The notes beneath the pieces are model-generated. The model searched no databases. It was not told the DNA's origin and saw nothing but the letters and a program-made list of their open reading frames with translations. Both the position numbers and the translations under genes were made by a program. Below, piece by piece: positions 8,967-17,153 of a stretch of DNA of 24,000 nucleotides. How positions within the stretch are numbered: position 1 is the first letter of the stretch; each line of letters begins with the position of its first letter. Source of the stretch: Streptobacillus notomytis (GTDB taxonomy: Bacteria > Fusobacteriota > Fusobacteriia > Fusobacteriales > Leptotrichiaceae); contig LJRV01000216.1 in NCBI GenBank assembly GCA_001612575.1, forward strand, positions 24,860 to 48,859, given 5' to 3'.

Positions 8967-10972
8967 TGAGATTTCTATTTGAAATAGGTGTTGAAGAACT
9001 ACCTTCAAGATATGTAGATAAAGCAAGTGATGATATGCTAGAGATATTTAAAAAGGAATTAATAGAATCTAGAATAGAATTTTCTGGAGAAAAGAAGTAT
9101 AATTCACCTAGAAGAATAGCTATATACTTTGAAAATATTGCAGATATGCAAAAAGATTTCTATGAGAAAAAAACAGGACCATCTATTTCTGTTGCATATA
9201 AAGATGGAAAGCTTACTAAAGCAGCATTAGGGTTTTTAAATTCTCAAAATTTAACTGAATCTGATTTGAAAATAGAAAAAACAGATAAGGGTGAATACAT
9301 TTATGTAGAAAAGAATATTAAGGGTATAGAAAGCTTTAAGGTTTTACCTGAACTTATGGAAAAGGTAATTAAATCACTTGATTTTGATAAGACAATGAAA
9401 TGGAGTGATAAATCATTTAGGTTTGCAAGACCCATTAAATGGATAGTTGCAACTTTAGATGATAAGGTAATTGACTTTACTTTTGAGGGTATTAAAGCAG
9501 GTAATATTTCAAGGGGTATGAGATTATTTGGTAGTCAAGAAGTTTTAATTGATGATAGTAGAAAATATGAAGATATTTTATTAAATGAGTATGTAGTAGT
9601 AGATGCTTTAAAAAGACGTGAAATGGTGCAAGATAGTATTAAGGATAACTGTGAAAAAGACGGAGATAAAGTAATAGTAAATAAATATTTACTTGATGAG
9701 GTAGTAAACCTTGTTGAATATCCTTATGCTATTTGTGGAGAGTTTAATAAAGATTATCTAGAATTACCAGAAGATATTATAACTATAACAATGGAAACAC
9801 ATCAAAGATACTTTCCAGTTAAAAATTCTGAGGGTAAATTAACTAATAAATTTGTATTAATTAGAAATGCACCTGAATATTCAGAATTAGTTAAAAAAGG
9901 TAATGAAAAGGTTATAGAGCCAAGACTTGCTGATGCTAAATTTTTCTTTGATGAGGATTTAAAGATAAATCTTAGTGATAATGTAGAAAGACTTAAAAAT
10001 GTGACTTTTCAAAAAGATATGGGAACTATATTTGAAAAAATGAAAAGAAGTCAAAAAATTGCTAAGTATTTAATAGAAAAATTAAATTTAGAAAATAGTG
10101 AAGATATTTTAAGAACAATATATCTATCAAAAGCTGATCTAGTAAGTAATGTAATTAATGAAAAAGAGTTTACTAAATTACAAGGATTTATGGGTTCTAT
10201 ATATGCAAAAAAACAAGGAGAAAAACCAGAAATTGCTAAGGGTATATTTGAACATTATTTACCAAGATTTCAAGGAGATATATTACCAGAAACTATAGAA
10301 GGAACTGTGTCTTCTATAGCTGATAAATTAGATACTTTAGTAGGAGCATTTTCTGTTAATTTAATTCCCACAAGTTCTAAGGATCCATATGCACTTAGAC
10401 GTGCAACTAATGGACTTCTTTTAACTGCATTTAATAAAAATCTTAATATTGATTATGTAGATATGGTTAATAAGGCACTTGAAATATTTGGTGAAGATAA
10501 GAAGATATTAAATGAGAAAGCAAAGGAAAATATTTTAGACTTTGTTAAACAAAGACTTGAGGCAATACTTGCTCTAGATTTTTCTAAAAATTTAATTTCT
10601 TATCAAATTAATAATGTTACATCTATTGTAGATATTAAAGATAGATTAATTAAACTTTCAGAACTTGAAAAAGGTGAGAATTTTGAAATATTAATTAATT
10701 TAATTAAGAGATTAAAAAATATTTCAAAAGAAGTTAGTGTAAATTTAAATATAGATCTATTTGAGAATGAAGAAGAAAAAGAATTATATAATCTTTCACA
10801 GAATCTAAGTGGAGATTTTAATGATATAGATATGTTAATTGATAAAAAGGATATAATTAACAGTTTTTTTGAAAAAGTAATAATAAATGTTAAAGATGAA
10901 GTTATTAAAAATAATAGAATAGCTTTAATTAATGAGATGTTAAATAAAGTAAATAAACTAATACAAGTATAA
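8966..10972 (+). CDS. glyS: Glycine--tRNA ligase beta subunit
   Basis: The protein is 668 aa. The N-terminus FEIGVEELPSRY, plus HQRYFPV and DPYALRR motifs, are typical of GlyS. It overlaps the glyQ stop by 1 nt (TAATG). Confidence 0.95.
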   Translation: MRFLFEIGVEELPSRYVDKASDDMLEIFKKELIESRIEFSGEKKYNSPRRIAIYFENIADMQKDFYEKKTGPSISVAYKDGKLTKAALGFLNSQNLTESDLKIEKTDKGEYIYVEKNIKGIESFKVLPELMEKVIKSLDFDKTMKWSDKSFRFARPIKWIVATLDDKVIDFTFEGIKAGNISRGMRLFGSQEVLIDDSRKYEDILLNEYVVVDALKRREMVQDSIKDNCEKDGDKVIVNKYLLDEVVNLVEYPYAICGEFNKDYLELPEDIITITMETHQRYFPVKNSEGKLTNKFVLIRNAPEYSELVKKGNEKVIEPRLADAKFFFDEDLKINLSDNVERLKNVTFQKDMGTIFEKMKRSQKIAKYLIEKLNLENSEDILRTIYLSKADLVSNVINEKEFTKLQGFMGSIYAKKQGEKPEIAKGIFEHYLPRFQGDILPETIEGTVSSIADKLDTLVGAFSVNLIPTSSKDPYALRRATNGLLLTAFNKNLNIDYVDMVNKALEIFGEDKKILNEKAKENILDFVKQRLEAILALDFSKNLISYQINNVTSIVDIKDRLIKLSELEKGENFEILINLIKRLKNISKEVSVNLNIDLFENEEEKELYNLSQNLSGDFNDIDMLIDKKDIINSFFEKVIINVKDEVIKNNRIALINEMLNKVNKLIQV

Positions 10973-10987
10973 TATAAAGGAGGAGAA

Positions 10988-11539
10988 ATGAAAAAATTAA
11001 TCTTACTTATATCTTTAATTGGAGTAGTTTCTTCTCCAATTGAATTAAAAAAGGAAATTAATGTATTTGAAGATGAGGAAATAGTAAAAAGATATATAGA
11101 ACATTTAGAAGATGTTGATATTAATGACTATCTACCATATGTAAATGCAAATGATTTAATTGCTGAAGTTTATCAACCCAATAACAATGTTATAAACTCT
11201 ATTAGTGATAAAAATATTATAGATGGATCTTTTAAAGTAATTCAAAAATTTGATTTTGATGTTAAACATTTAAAGAATATAATTAAAAAAGAATTGTCTA
11301 CTGAATTATCAGATAAAATTGATAAAAGCATATTAGATTTGTCAAAATATACAAGTATTGAATCCTTATTTTTCGACGGAAATAATGATTTAAAAAAATT
11401 AAATGATCTAAAAAAAGATTTAGTTGATTTTGCAAATGAAAAATTAAAAATATATGGAGAACTTTTAAAAGGTGAATATATAAATAATGAAAATAATGCA
11501 GAAGTATATAATAATGTTATTGAGTTAGAATTGGAATAG
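10988..11539 (+). CDS. Hypothetical secreted protein with an N-terminal signal peptide; function unknown
   Basis: Strong SD AGGAGG upstream. The N-terminus MKKLILLISLIGVVSS is signal-peptide-like and has no lipobox Cys. The rest is Asp/Glu/Lys/Asn-rich and I recognise no motif. Confidence 0.6.
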   Translation: MKKLILLISLIGVVSSPIELKKEINVFEDEEIVKRYIEHLEDVDINDYLPYVNANDLIAEVYQPNNNVINSISDKNIIDGSFKVIQKFDFDVKHLKNIIKKELSTELSDKIDKSILDLSKYTSIESLFFDGNNDLKKLNDLKKDLVDFANEKLKIYGELLKGEYINNENNAEVYNNVIELELE

Positions 11540-11549
11540 GGAGGTTATT

Positions 11550-12554
11550 TTGGATAATAGATTTGTTGATTTAAATGAGATATTAGAAGATTATGAAATA
11601 AGTAGTGAAATAAACTCTTTAAGACCACAGTTATTTAAAGACTATATAGGTCAGGAGGATTTAAAGGAAACACTAGGTATATCTATAAAAGCAGCTAAGA
11701 TTAGACAAGAAGCATTAGACCATATATTACTATTTGGACCACCGGGACTTGGTAAAACAACTATGGCAACTGTTATTGCAAATGAAATGGGGACTAATAT
11801 TAAAATAACATCTGGACCTGTGCTTGAGAAGGCTGGAGATTTAGTATCTATACTTACAACACTTGAAGATGGAGATGTTCTGTTTATAGATGAAATACAT
11901 AGATTAAGTACTAATATTGAAGAAATACTTTACTCTGCCATGGAAGATTTTAAAGTAGATATTATGTTAGGTAAAGGTCATGGTGCTACAAGTTATAGAG
12001 TAGAATTAAAAAAATTTACATTAATAGGGGCAACTACTATGGCTGGTAAGCTTTCTAAACCTTTTAAGGATAGATTTGGAATACAGCATAGAATGAATTT
12101 TTATACTACAGAAGAACTTATGAAGATAATTTTAAGATCTGCAAATATTTTAGGTGTAGAATGTAAGGAAAATTCATTAAGAGATATAGCACTTAGAAGT
12201 AGAGGAACTCCAAGGCTTGCTAACAGGGTATTAAAAAGATCAAGAGATTACGCTACTGTAAATAGTAATGGAGTAATTAATGATGAAATAATGAAAGAGG
12301 TAATTAGAATATTAAAGGTAGATGATAGAGGACTAGATGAAATGGATAGAAATTTATTAAGATCTATAATAGTTAATTATTCTGGTGGGCCTGTTGGAGT
12401 TGAGACTCTTGCTACTCATTTAGGTGAAGATAGAAAAACTATAGAAGAAGTTTATGAACCGTATTTAATACAGTTAGGATTATTAAAAATAAGTTTAAGA
12501 GGTAGAGAAGTTACAGATTTAGCTTATGCTCATATGGGACTTGAAAAGAGGTAA
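11550..12554 (+). CDS. ruvB: Holliday junction branch migration DNA helicase RuvB
   Basis: LRPQLFKDYIGQ, Walker A GPPGLGKT (nt 11736-11759), Walker B LFIDEIHR, sensor GATT, and RGTPRLANRVLKR. The start is TTG at 11550, with GGGAGG at 11539-11544 five nt upstream. Confidence 0.95.
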   Translation: MDNRFVDLNEILEDYEISSEINSLRPQLFKDYIGQEDLKETLGISIKAAKIRQEALDHILLFGPPGLGKTTMATVIANEMGTNIKITSGPVLEKAGDLVSILTTLEDGDVLFIDEIHRLSTNIEEILYSAMEDFKVDIMLGKGHGATSYRVELKKFTLIGATTMAGKLSKPFKDRFGIQHRMNFYTTEELMKIILRSANILGVECKENSLRDIALRSRGTPRLANRVLKRSRDYATVNSNGVINDEIMKEVIRILKVDDRGLDEMDRNLLRSIIVNYSGGPVGVETLATHLGEDRKTIEEVYEPYLIQLGLLKISLRGREVTDLAYAHMGLEKR

Positions 12555-12555
12555 T

Positions 12556-13257
12556 ATGTTAACTGTTATAGCTGATAAGGTTATGGGTAATGTAGTTGAA
12601 ATCACTGAAACTACAGAGATAAATCATATTAAAAATGTATTTAGATTAAAAGAAAATGATGAGGTTAGGGTAATAGATTTTGAATATGAGTATAAGGGAA
12701 TAATTAAAGAAATTAATAAGAAAAATATATTAATTGATATTTTTGATAAAAAAGACGATATTTATTCTTTATCTTTTAATTTAGATGTAGCAATAGGTTT
12801 ATTGAAAAATGAAAAAATGAAATTATTAATACAGAAATTAACAGAGTTAGGTATTAGGAATATTATTCCATTAAAAACTGAAAGAGTAGTAGTTAAAATT
12901 AATGAAAAAAAAGAAAAATGGGATGTAGTAGTTAAAGAAAGCATGAAGCAATGCAGAGCTATTAAAAAAACTAATGTAGAAATACTTAATGAAATTAAAA
13001 GGATAAAATATGAAAACTATGATAAAATAATATATGCTTATGAAAGTAGTGATTCATCATTTAATTTAAAGGAAATATTAAAAAAAGAAGATAGTAATAT
13101 CTTGTTAATTATAGGTCCTGAGGGTGGATTCTCTTTAGATGAAGTAAAATATTTAAAATCTATAGGTGCAATAGAAATTAGTTTAGGTAAAAGGATATTA
13201 AGAGCAGAAACAGCAGCTATAGTTCTTGCTGGAAGTATAATAAATATAAAAGAGTAA
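12556..13257 (+). CDS. rsmE: 16S rRNA (uracil1498-N3)-methyltransferase RsmE (SPOUT family)
   Basis: The C-terminal IGPEGGFS...E...LG.RILRAETA motif is diagnostic of RsmE. I prefer ATG 12556 (AAGAGG SD, just after the ruvB stop at 12552-12554) over the track start at 12526, which lies inside ruvB. Confidence 0.85.
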   Translation: MLTVIADKVMGNVVEITETTEINHIKNVFRLKENDEVRVIDFEYEYKGIIKEINKKNILIDIFDKKDDIYSLSFNLDVAIGLLKNEKMKLLIQKLTELGIRNIIPLKTERVVVKINEKKEKWDVVVKESMKQCRAIKKTNVEILNEIKRIKYENYDKIIYAYESSDSSFNLKEILKKEDSNILLIIGPEGGFSLDEVKYLKSIGAIEISLGKRILRAETAAIVLAGSIINIKE

Positions 13258-13270
13258 AAGGAAGGTAGAA

Positions 13271-14245
13271 ATGAAAAAGAAATTAACAGTACTTTTAATG
13301 TTATTAGCAATGGTTTCTTGTGGGACTAAAACAAGTGGAGAAATTGAAGGAAATAAGGTAGTTAAAGTAGATAATTCTTATTACTTACACTATGATGATA
13401 CAGTAATTAAATTAAATGATGATACATATATTACTAAAGATAAAAAAGTTTCAGACTATTTTAAAGGATCATTTTTTAGCAATGAAGAAGATGACTTTTT
13501 AGTAGATTTAAAAAAATATTTCCCACATGGATTTAATGGTATAGAAAAAGGTAAAGCTCCAGAAGAGTTTACGGAAATACCTTTAATGTCATTAGGAGAT
13601 AAAAAAATTATAGATGCTTTAGCTCTGTCTTTAGATTTATCAAGTAAAAATCCAGAATTATTAATTGTTAAAGATGAGACTAAAGATGAAGAAGTTAAAG
13701 AAGAGATTAAAGAAGAAGTGGATTTAACAGGTAAAAAAGTTGCAATATTAAATGCAAATGGTATAGATGGTTATGCAAGAAGATTAGGAGAAAGTTTAAA
13801 AACAACTTTAGGAGTAGAATTTTTATCAGAAAATTATGGTAAATTTGAAGAATTTAGTTATATAGTTAACCATAAATTAGATTCTAAGGAATTAGATAAG
13901 TTAATTGATACATTAAATATTAAATTTATTAAAGTTAAAAATAATTCTAAGCTAAAATCAGGACATGATGTAGTTATAATCACAGGTAATGATTCTAAGG
14001 TTAAATATAATGTTGAAGTATTATCAAAAGGTGGATTAAAAGATGTAGAAAATGCACTTAAAGGATATAGTGTTACTACAAAAATGGAAACTAAGTATAA
14101 TAATGAGAATATTAAAGATGATACTATTATAATGCATAATCCAGAAGATATATTTATAGCTAAAAAAATATTAAAGTTATTACCTAATTCAATGTTAAAA
14201 GAGGATGCTGGTTTAAGTAATAAATTAATAATAACAACTAAATAA
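13271..14245 (+). CDS. Lipoprotein with a C-terminal LytR_C-like domain; function unknown
   Basis: The signal peptide ends in a lipobox-like sequence, LLAMVSC|G. An acidic linker (KDETKDEEVKEEIKEEVD) follows. Then GKKVAILNANGIDGYARRLGESL...DVVIITGND matches the V-x-V-L-N-G-x-G-x-x-G-x-A ... V-I-x-G-x-D pattern of LytR C-terminal domains. This is motif-level recognition only. Confidence 0.6.
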   Translation: MKKKLTVLLMLLAMVSCGTKTSGEIEGNKVVKVDNSYYLHYDDTVIKLNDDTYITKDKKVSDYFKGSFFSNEEDDFLVDLKKYFPHGFNGIEKGKAPEEFTEIPLMSLGDKKIIDALALSLDLSSKNPELLIVKDETKDEEVKEEIKEEVDLTGKKVAILNANGIDGYARRLGESLKTTLGVEFLSENYGKFEEFSYIVNHKLDSKELDKLIDTLNIKFIKVKNNSKLKSGHDVVIITGNDSKVKYNVEVLSKGGLKDVENALKGYSVTTKMETKYNNENIKDDTIIMHNPEDIFIAKKILKLLPNSMLKEDAGLSNKLIITTK

Positions 14246-14253
14246 GGAGATTT

Positions 14254-14559
14254 ATGGAAGAAATAGTAAAGTTAGTAGTAGATATAATAGAAGATAAAAA
14301 GGGTATGGACATTAAAGTTTATAATTTAAAAGGTAAATCACCATTTTTTGATTATTCTATACTTTGTACAGGAACTTCAACTAGAAATGTTGATGCTATA
14401 GTACAAGAACTAAAAAAAACTATGCCAATAGTTAAAGGAATAGAAGGGCAAGAAGAAGCAAATTGGGTATTAATAGATGGTGGAGATGTAATAGTTAGTG
14501 TATTCACTAAAGATGCTAGAGAATACTACAAATTAGATGAATTTTATGAAAGTGTTTAA
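14254..14559 (+). CDS. rsfS: Ribosome silencing factor RsfS (iojap family)
   Basis: A 101-aa protein. KKGMDIKVYNLKGKSPFFDYSILCTGTSTRNVDAI...W.LIDGGDVIVSVF...R.YY.L is the typical RsfS pattern. SD AAGGAG lies upstream. Confidence 0.85.
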   Translation: MEEIVKLVVDIIEDKKGMDIKVYNLKGKSPFFDYSILCTGTSTRNVDAIVQELKKTMPIVKGIEGQEEANWVLIDGGDVIVSVFTKDAREYYKLDEFYESV

Positions 14560-14564
14560 GAATA

Positions 14565-16442
14565 ATGAGAATATTAGATATAGAAGATAAGAGTAAAAGA
14601 TCTCCATCTTTTCTATTTATAGTATTTCTAATATTTTTTGGATTAGTTTTAAGATTATATAACCTACAAATAACTAATAGTGAACTTTATAAAAATAGGG
14701 CAGAGAGAAATAGTTTAAGGACTAATACTATTAAACCAGCTAGAGGAAAAATTTATGATAAAAATGGAGAATTACTGGTAAGTAATACTACTGGTTATCA
14801 CTTAATACATAAAGAAAGTCATAATATATCTAATGGTGAATTAAGAATTTTAAAAGAGGTATTTAATAAAACTGATGATGAGAGAAAAGAAATATTTTCA
14901 AAATTAAGTAAAAAATCTTCTGAAAAGTTAAAAGAAATATATTTAGATACATTAGATATGATGAAATTAACTAATATGGAATATGAGGATATTGTTAATA
15001 AGTTTTATAAAGTATTGCCCTCAGGATTTGATAAAGTAATAATTATTGATGAAGATCTAGATTCAAAAAGTGCCTTAATTGGAGTAGAAAAAATAACTAA
15101 TCCACGTATAGATATTTTAGAATATGATAAAAGATATTATCACAAACATGAAATAGCTTCTCATGTTATAGGTAATGTTAAACTTATAAGTGAAAAAGAA
15201 TACGAAGAATTAAAAGATAAGGGCTTTGAAAAAGATGATCTTGTAGGTAAAGATGGAATTGAGAAAACATATAATGTGGAACTTAAAGGGAAATCTGGTA
15301 AAGAATTTGTTGAAGTAGATGCAAGAGGAAATGTCTTAAATAAACTTGATGAAGAAACAACTATAGCAGGTAAAAATCTTTATCTTTCTATAGAATATGA
15401 ATTACAAAAATATATGACAGAAAAATTTAAAGGTAAAGTAGGAACTTTTATAGCCATAGATGTTAAAACAGGTAAGATAATTACATATGTAAGTTATCCT
15501 GAAATAGATTTAAATAAACTAAGTTCAAGGATAAGTAAAAAAGATTGGGAAAAGCTTTTAAGTTCTAGTAAAAAACCATTATTAAATAGAGGTATAGCTG
15601 GATTATTCCCACCAGGATCTACAGCTAAAGTAGTTAGTGGATTAGCTATACTTGAAGATGGAATATCACCAGATGAAACTATGTATTCTACTGGAGAATT
15701 TACTTATGGTAGAGTTACTTTTAGGGATTCAAATAGAAAAGGACATGGTATTACTAATTTCTATAAGGCTATAGCTGAATCTGTAAATACATATTTTTAT
15801 CAAAATATTTTAAGAATAGATAGAGATAAATATTTTGAAATAGCAAAAGATTTTGGTATAGGAGAATTAACTGAGGTAGATCTTCCAGGAGAAATGGCAG
15901 GAGTTCTTCCAACTCCTGAATGGAAAAAAAAGAGATTTAGGGCAGAGGCATCTAAAAAATGGTTGCCAGGAGATTTAATTAATATGTCTATAGGTCAGGG
16001 ATATATGCTTATGACACCTTTACAGGTATTAATGATGTATCAAGCAATAGCAAATGATGGAGTTATGGTTAAACCAACTTTTGTAGAATATTTTGAAAAT
16101 TTAGATGGTGTAAAAGAAAGAAAAGATGTAGAAATATTAAGGAAGTTAAATATTAAAGATGAGAATATAAGGTATATACAAAAAGCTTTAAGAATGACTG
16201 TTACTGACGGAACAGCTAAGCTATTTAAAGATCTTCCTGTAGAAGTTTCAGCAAAAACTGGAACAGCACAAAATAGAAAAGATTCACAACATCATTCTTG
16301 GATGGCAGGATACTTCCCTAGTGATAAACCTGAAATAGCATTTGTTGCCTTAGTTGAAGAGGGTGGATATGGTGCTGTTGAAGCAGGTGGAAGAACACAT
16401 GAATTCATCTCTAAATATTATGAATTAAAAGGAGAAAATTAA
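14565..16442 (+). CDS. mrdA: Penicillin-binding protein 2 (class B PBP, elongation transpeptidase)
   Basis: An N-terminal membrane anchor (FLFIVFLIFFGLVL) followed by RLYNLQI...Y...AE.N. The transpeptidase motifs are S-T-A-K (nt 15618-15629), S-V-N (AESVNTYF) and K-T-G-T-A. Confidence 0.9.
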   Translation: MRILDIEDKSKRSPSFLFIVFLIFFGLVLRLYNLQITNSELYKNRAERNSLRTNTIKPARGKIYDKNGELLVSNTTGYHLIHKESHNISNGELRILKEVFNKTDDERKEIFSKLSKKSSEKLKEIYLDTLDMMKLTNMEYEDIVNKFYKVLPSGFDKVIIIDEDLDSKSALIGVEKITNPRIDILEYDKRYYHKHEIASHVIGNVKLISEKEYEELKDKGFEKDDLVGKDGIEKTYNVELKGKSGKEFVEVDARGNVLNKLDEETTIAGKNLYLSIEYELQKYMTEKFKGKVGTFIAIDVKTGKIITYVSYPEIDLNKLSSRISKKDWEKLLSSSKKPLLNRGIAGLFPPGSTAKVVSGLAILEDGISPDETMYSTGEFTYGRVTFRDSNRKGHGITNFYKAIAESVNTYFYQNILRIDRDKYFEIAKDFGIGELTEVDLPGEMAGVLPTPEWKKKRFRAEASKKWLPGDLINMSIGQGYMLMTPLQVLMMYQAIANDGVMVKPTFVEYFENLDGVKERKDVEILRKLNIKDENIRYIQKALRMTVTDGTAKLFKDLPVEVSAKTGTAQNRKDSQHHSWMAGYFPSDKPEIAFVALVEEGGYGAVEAGGRTHEFISKYYELKGEN

Positions 16443-17137
16443 TGAAAGAATATTTTGTTAATCTCTTAAAATTGTCTAATATAGATATATATGAAGAAAA
16501 AATTGATAAATTAATAATATATCTTGAAATGCTTATACAAAAGAATAAGGTTATGAATTTAACTGCTATAAGAGATAGTAAAGATATGATAGAAAAACAT
16601 TTTATAGATGCCTTATTACTTACTAAGGTAATAGGAGATGAAGAAAATACTTTAGTAGATTTAGGAACAGGTGCTGGATTTCCAGGACTTGTTCTTGCTA
16701 TATACTATCCTGAAAAAAATTTCCTATTAGTTGATTCAGTTAAGAAAAAAATTGCTTTTTTAGATGAAGTTATAGAAAAACTTCAATTAAAAAATGTTAA
16801 AACTAGTAGTGAAAGGGCAGAGGAGATTATAAAAAAATATAGGGAAAAATTTGATGTAGCCTTGTGTAGAGGTGTTGCAAATTTAAGAATAATACTTGAG
16901 TATATGATACCTTTTGTTAAAAGTGGTGGAAGATTTCTTCCACAAAAACTGAATTTAAATGAGGTAGAAGAATCAAGTAATGCATTAAAATTATTGCATT
17001 CAAGTATTGATGCTATACATAGATTTAATCTTCCTGTTAGTAAGGATGAGAGGATAATACTTGAAATTAGGAAAAATAGTAAAACAAGTTTAGAGTATCC
17101 AAGAGCAACAGGAATTCCAAGCAAAAAACCATTATAA
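16442..17137 (+). CDS. rsmG: 16S rRNA (guanine527-N7)-methyltransferase RsmG (GidB)
   Basis: MNLTAIRD...HF.DAL, the SAM-binding motif DLGTGAGFPGLVLAI, and ARGVA-like CRGVANL. It overlaps the mrdA stop by 1 nt (TAATG). Confidence 0.9.
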   Translation: MKEYFVNLLKLSNIDIYEEKIDKLIIYLEMLIQKNKVMNLTAIRDSKDMIEKHFIDALLLTKVIGDEENTLVDLGTGAGFPGLVLAIYYPEKNFLLVDSVKKKIAFLDEVIEKLQLKNVKTSSERAEEIIKKYREKFDVALCRGVANLRIILEYMIPFVKSGGRFLPQKLNLNEVEESSNALKLLHSSIDAIHRFNLPVSKDERIILEIRKNSKTSLEYPRATGIPSKKPL

Positions 17138-17153
17138 CAAAGGAGGTCTGAAT

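Noticed and set aside
4814-10972. Proximity of the mcc-like cluster to aminoacyl-tRNA synthetase genes (ileS, glyQS) as a possible resistant-target immunity arrangement
   Set aside because: Microcin C-type compounds target AspRS, not IleRS or GlyRS. These are single, canonical-looking housekeeping genes in conserved contexts (ileS-lspA). The proximity is probably coincidental.
2511-12555. Longer N-termini given by the ORF track for tex (2511), ileS (4787) and rsmE (12526)
   Set aside because: In each case an internal in-frame ATG (2523, 4814, 12556) sits 5-8 nt downstream of a good SD. It also gives the N-terminus expected for the family. The longer versions start inside the preceding gene or on top of the SD itself.
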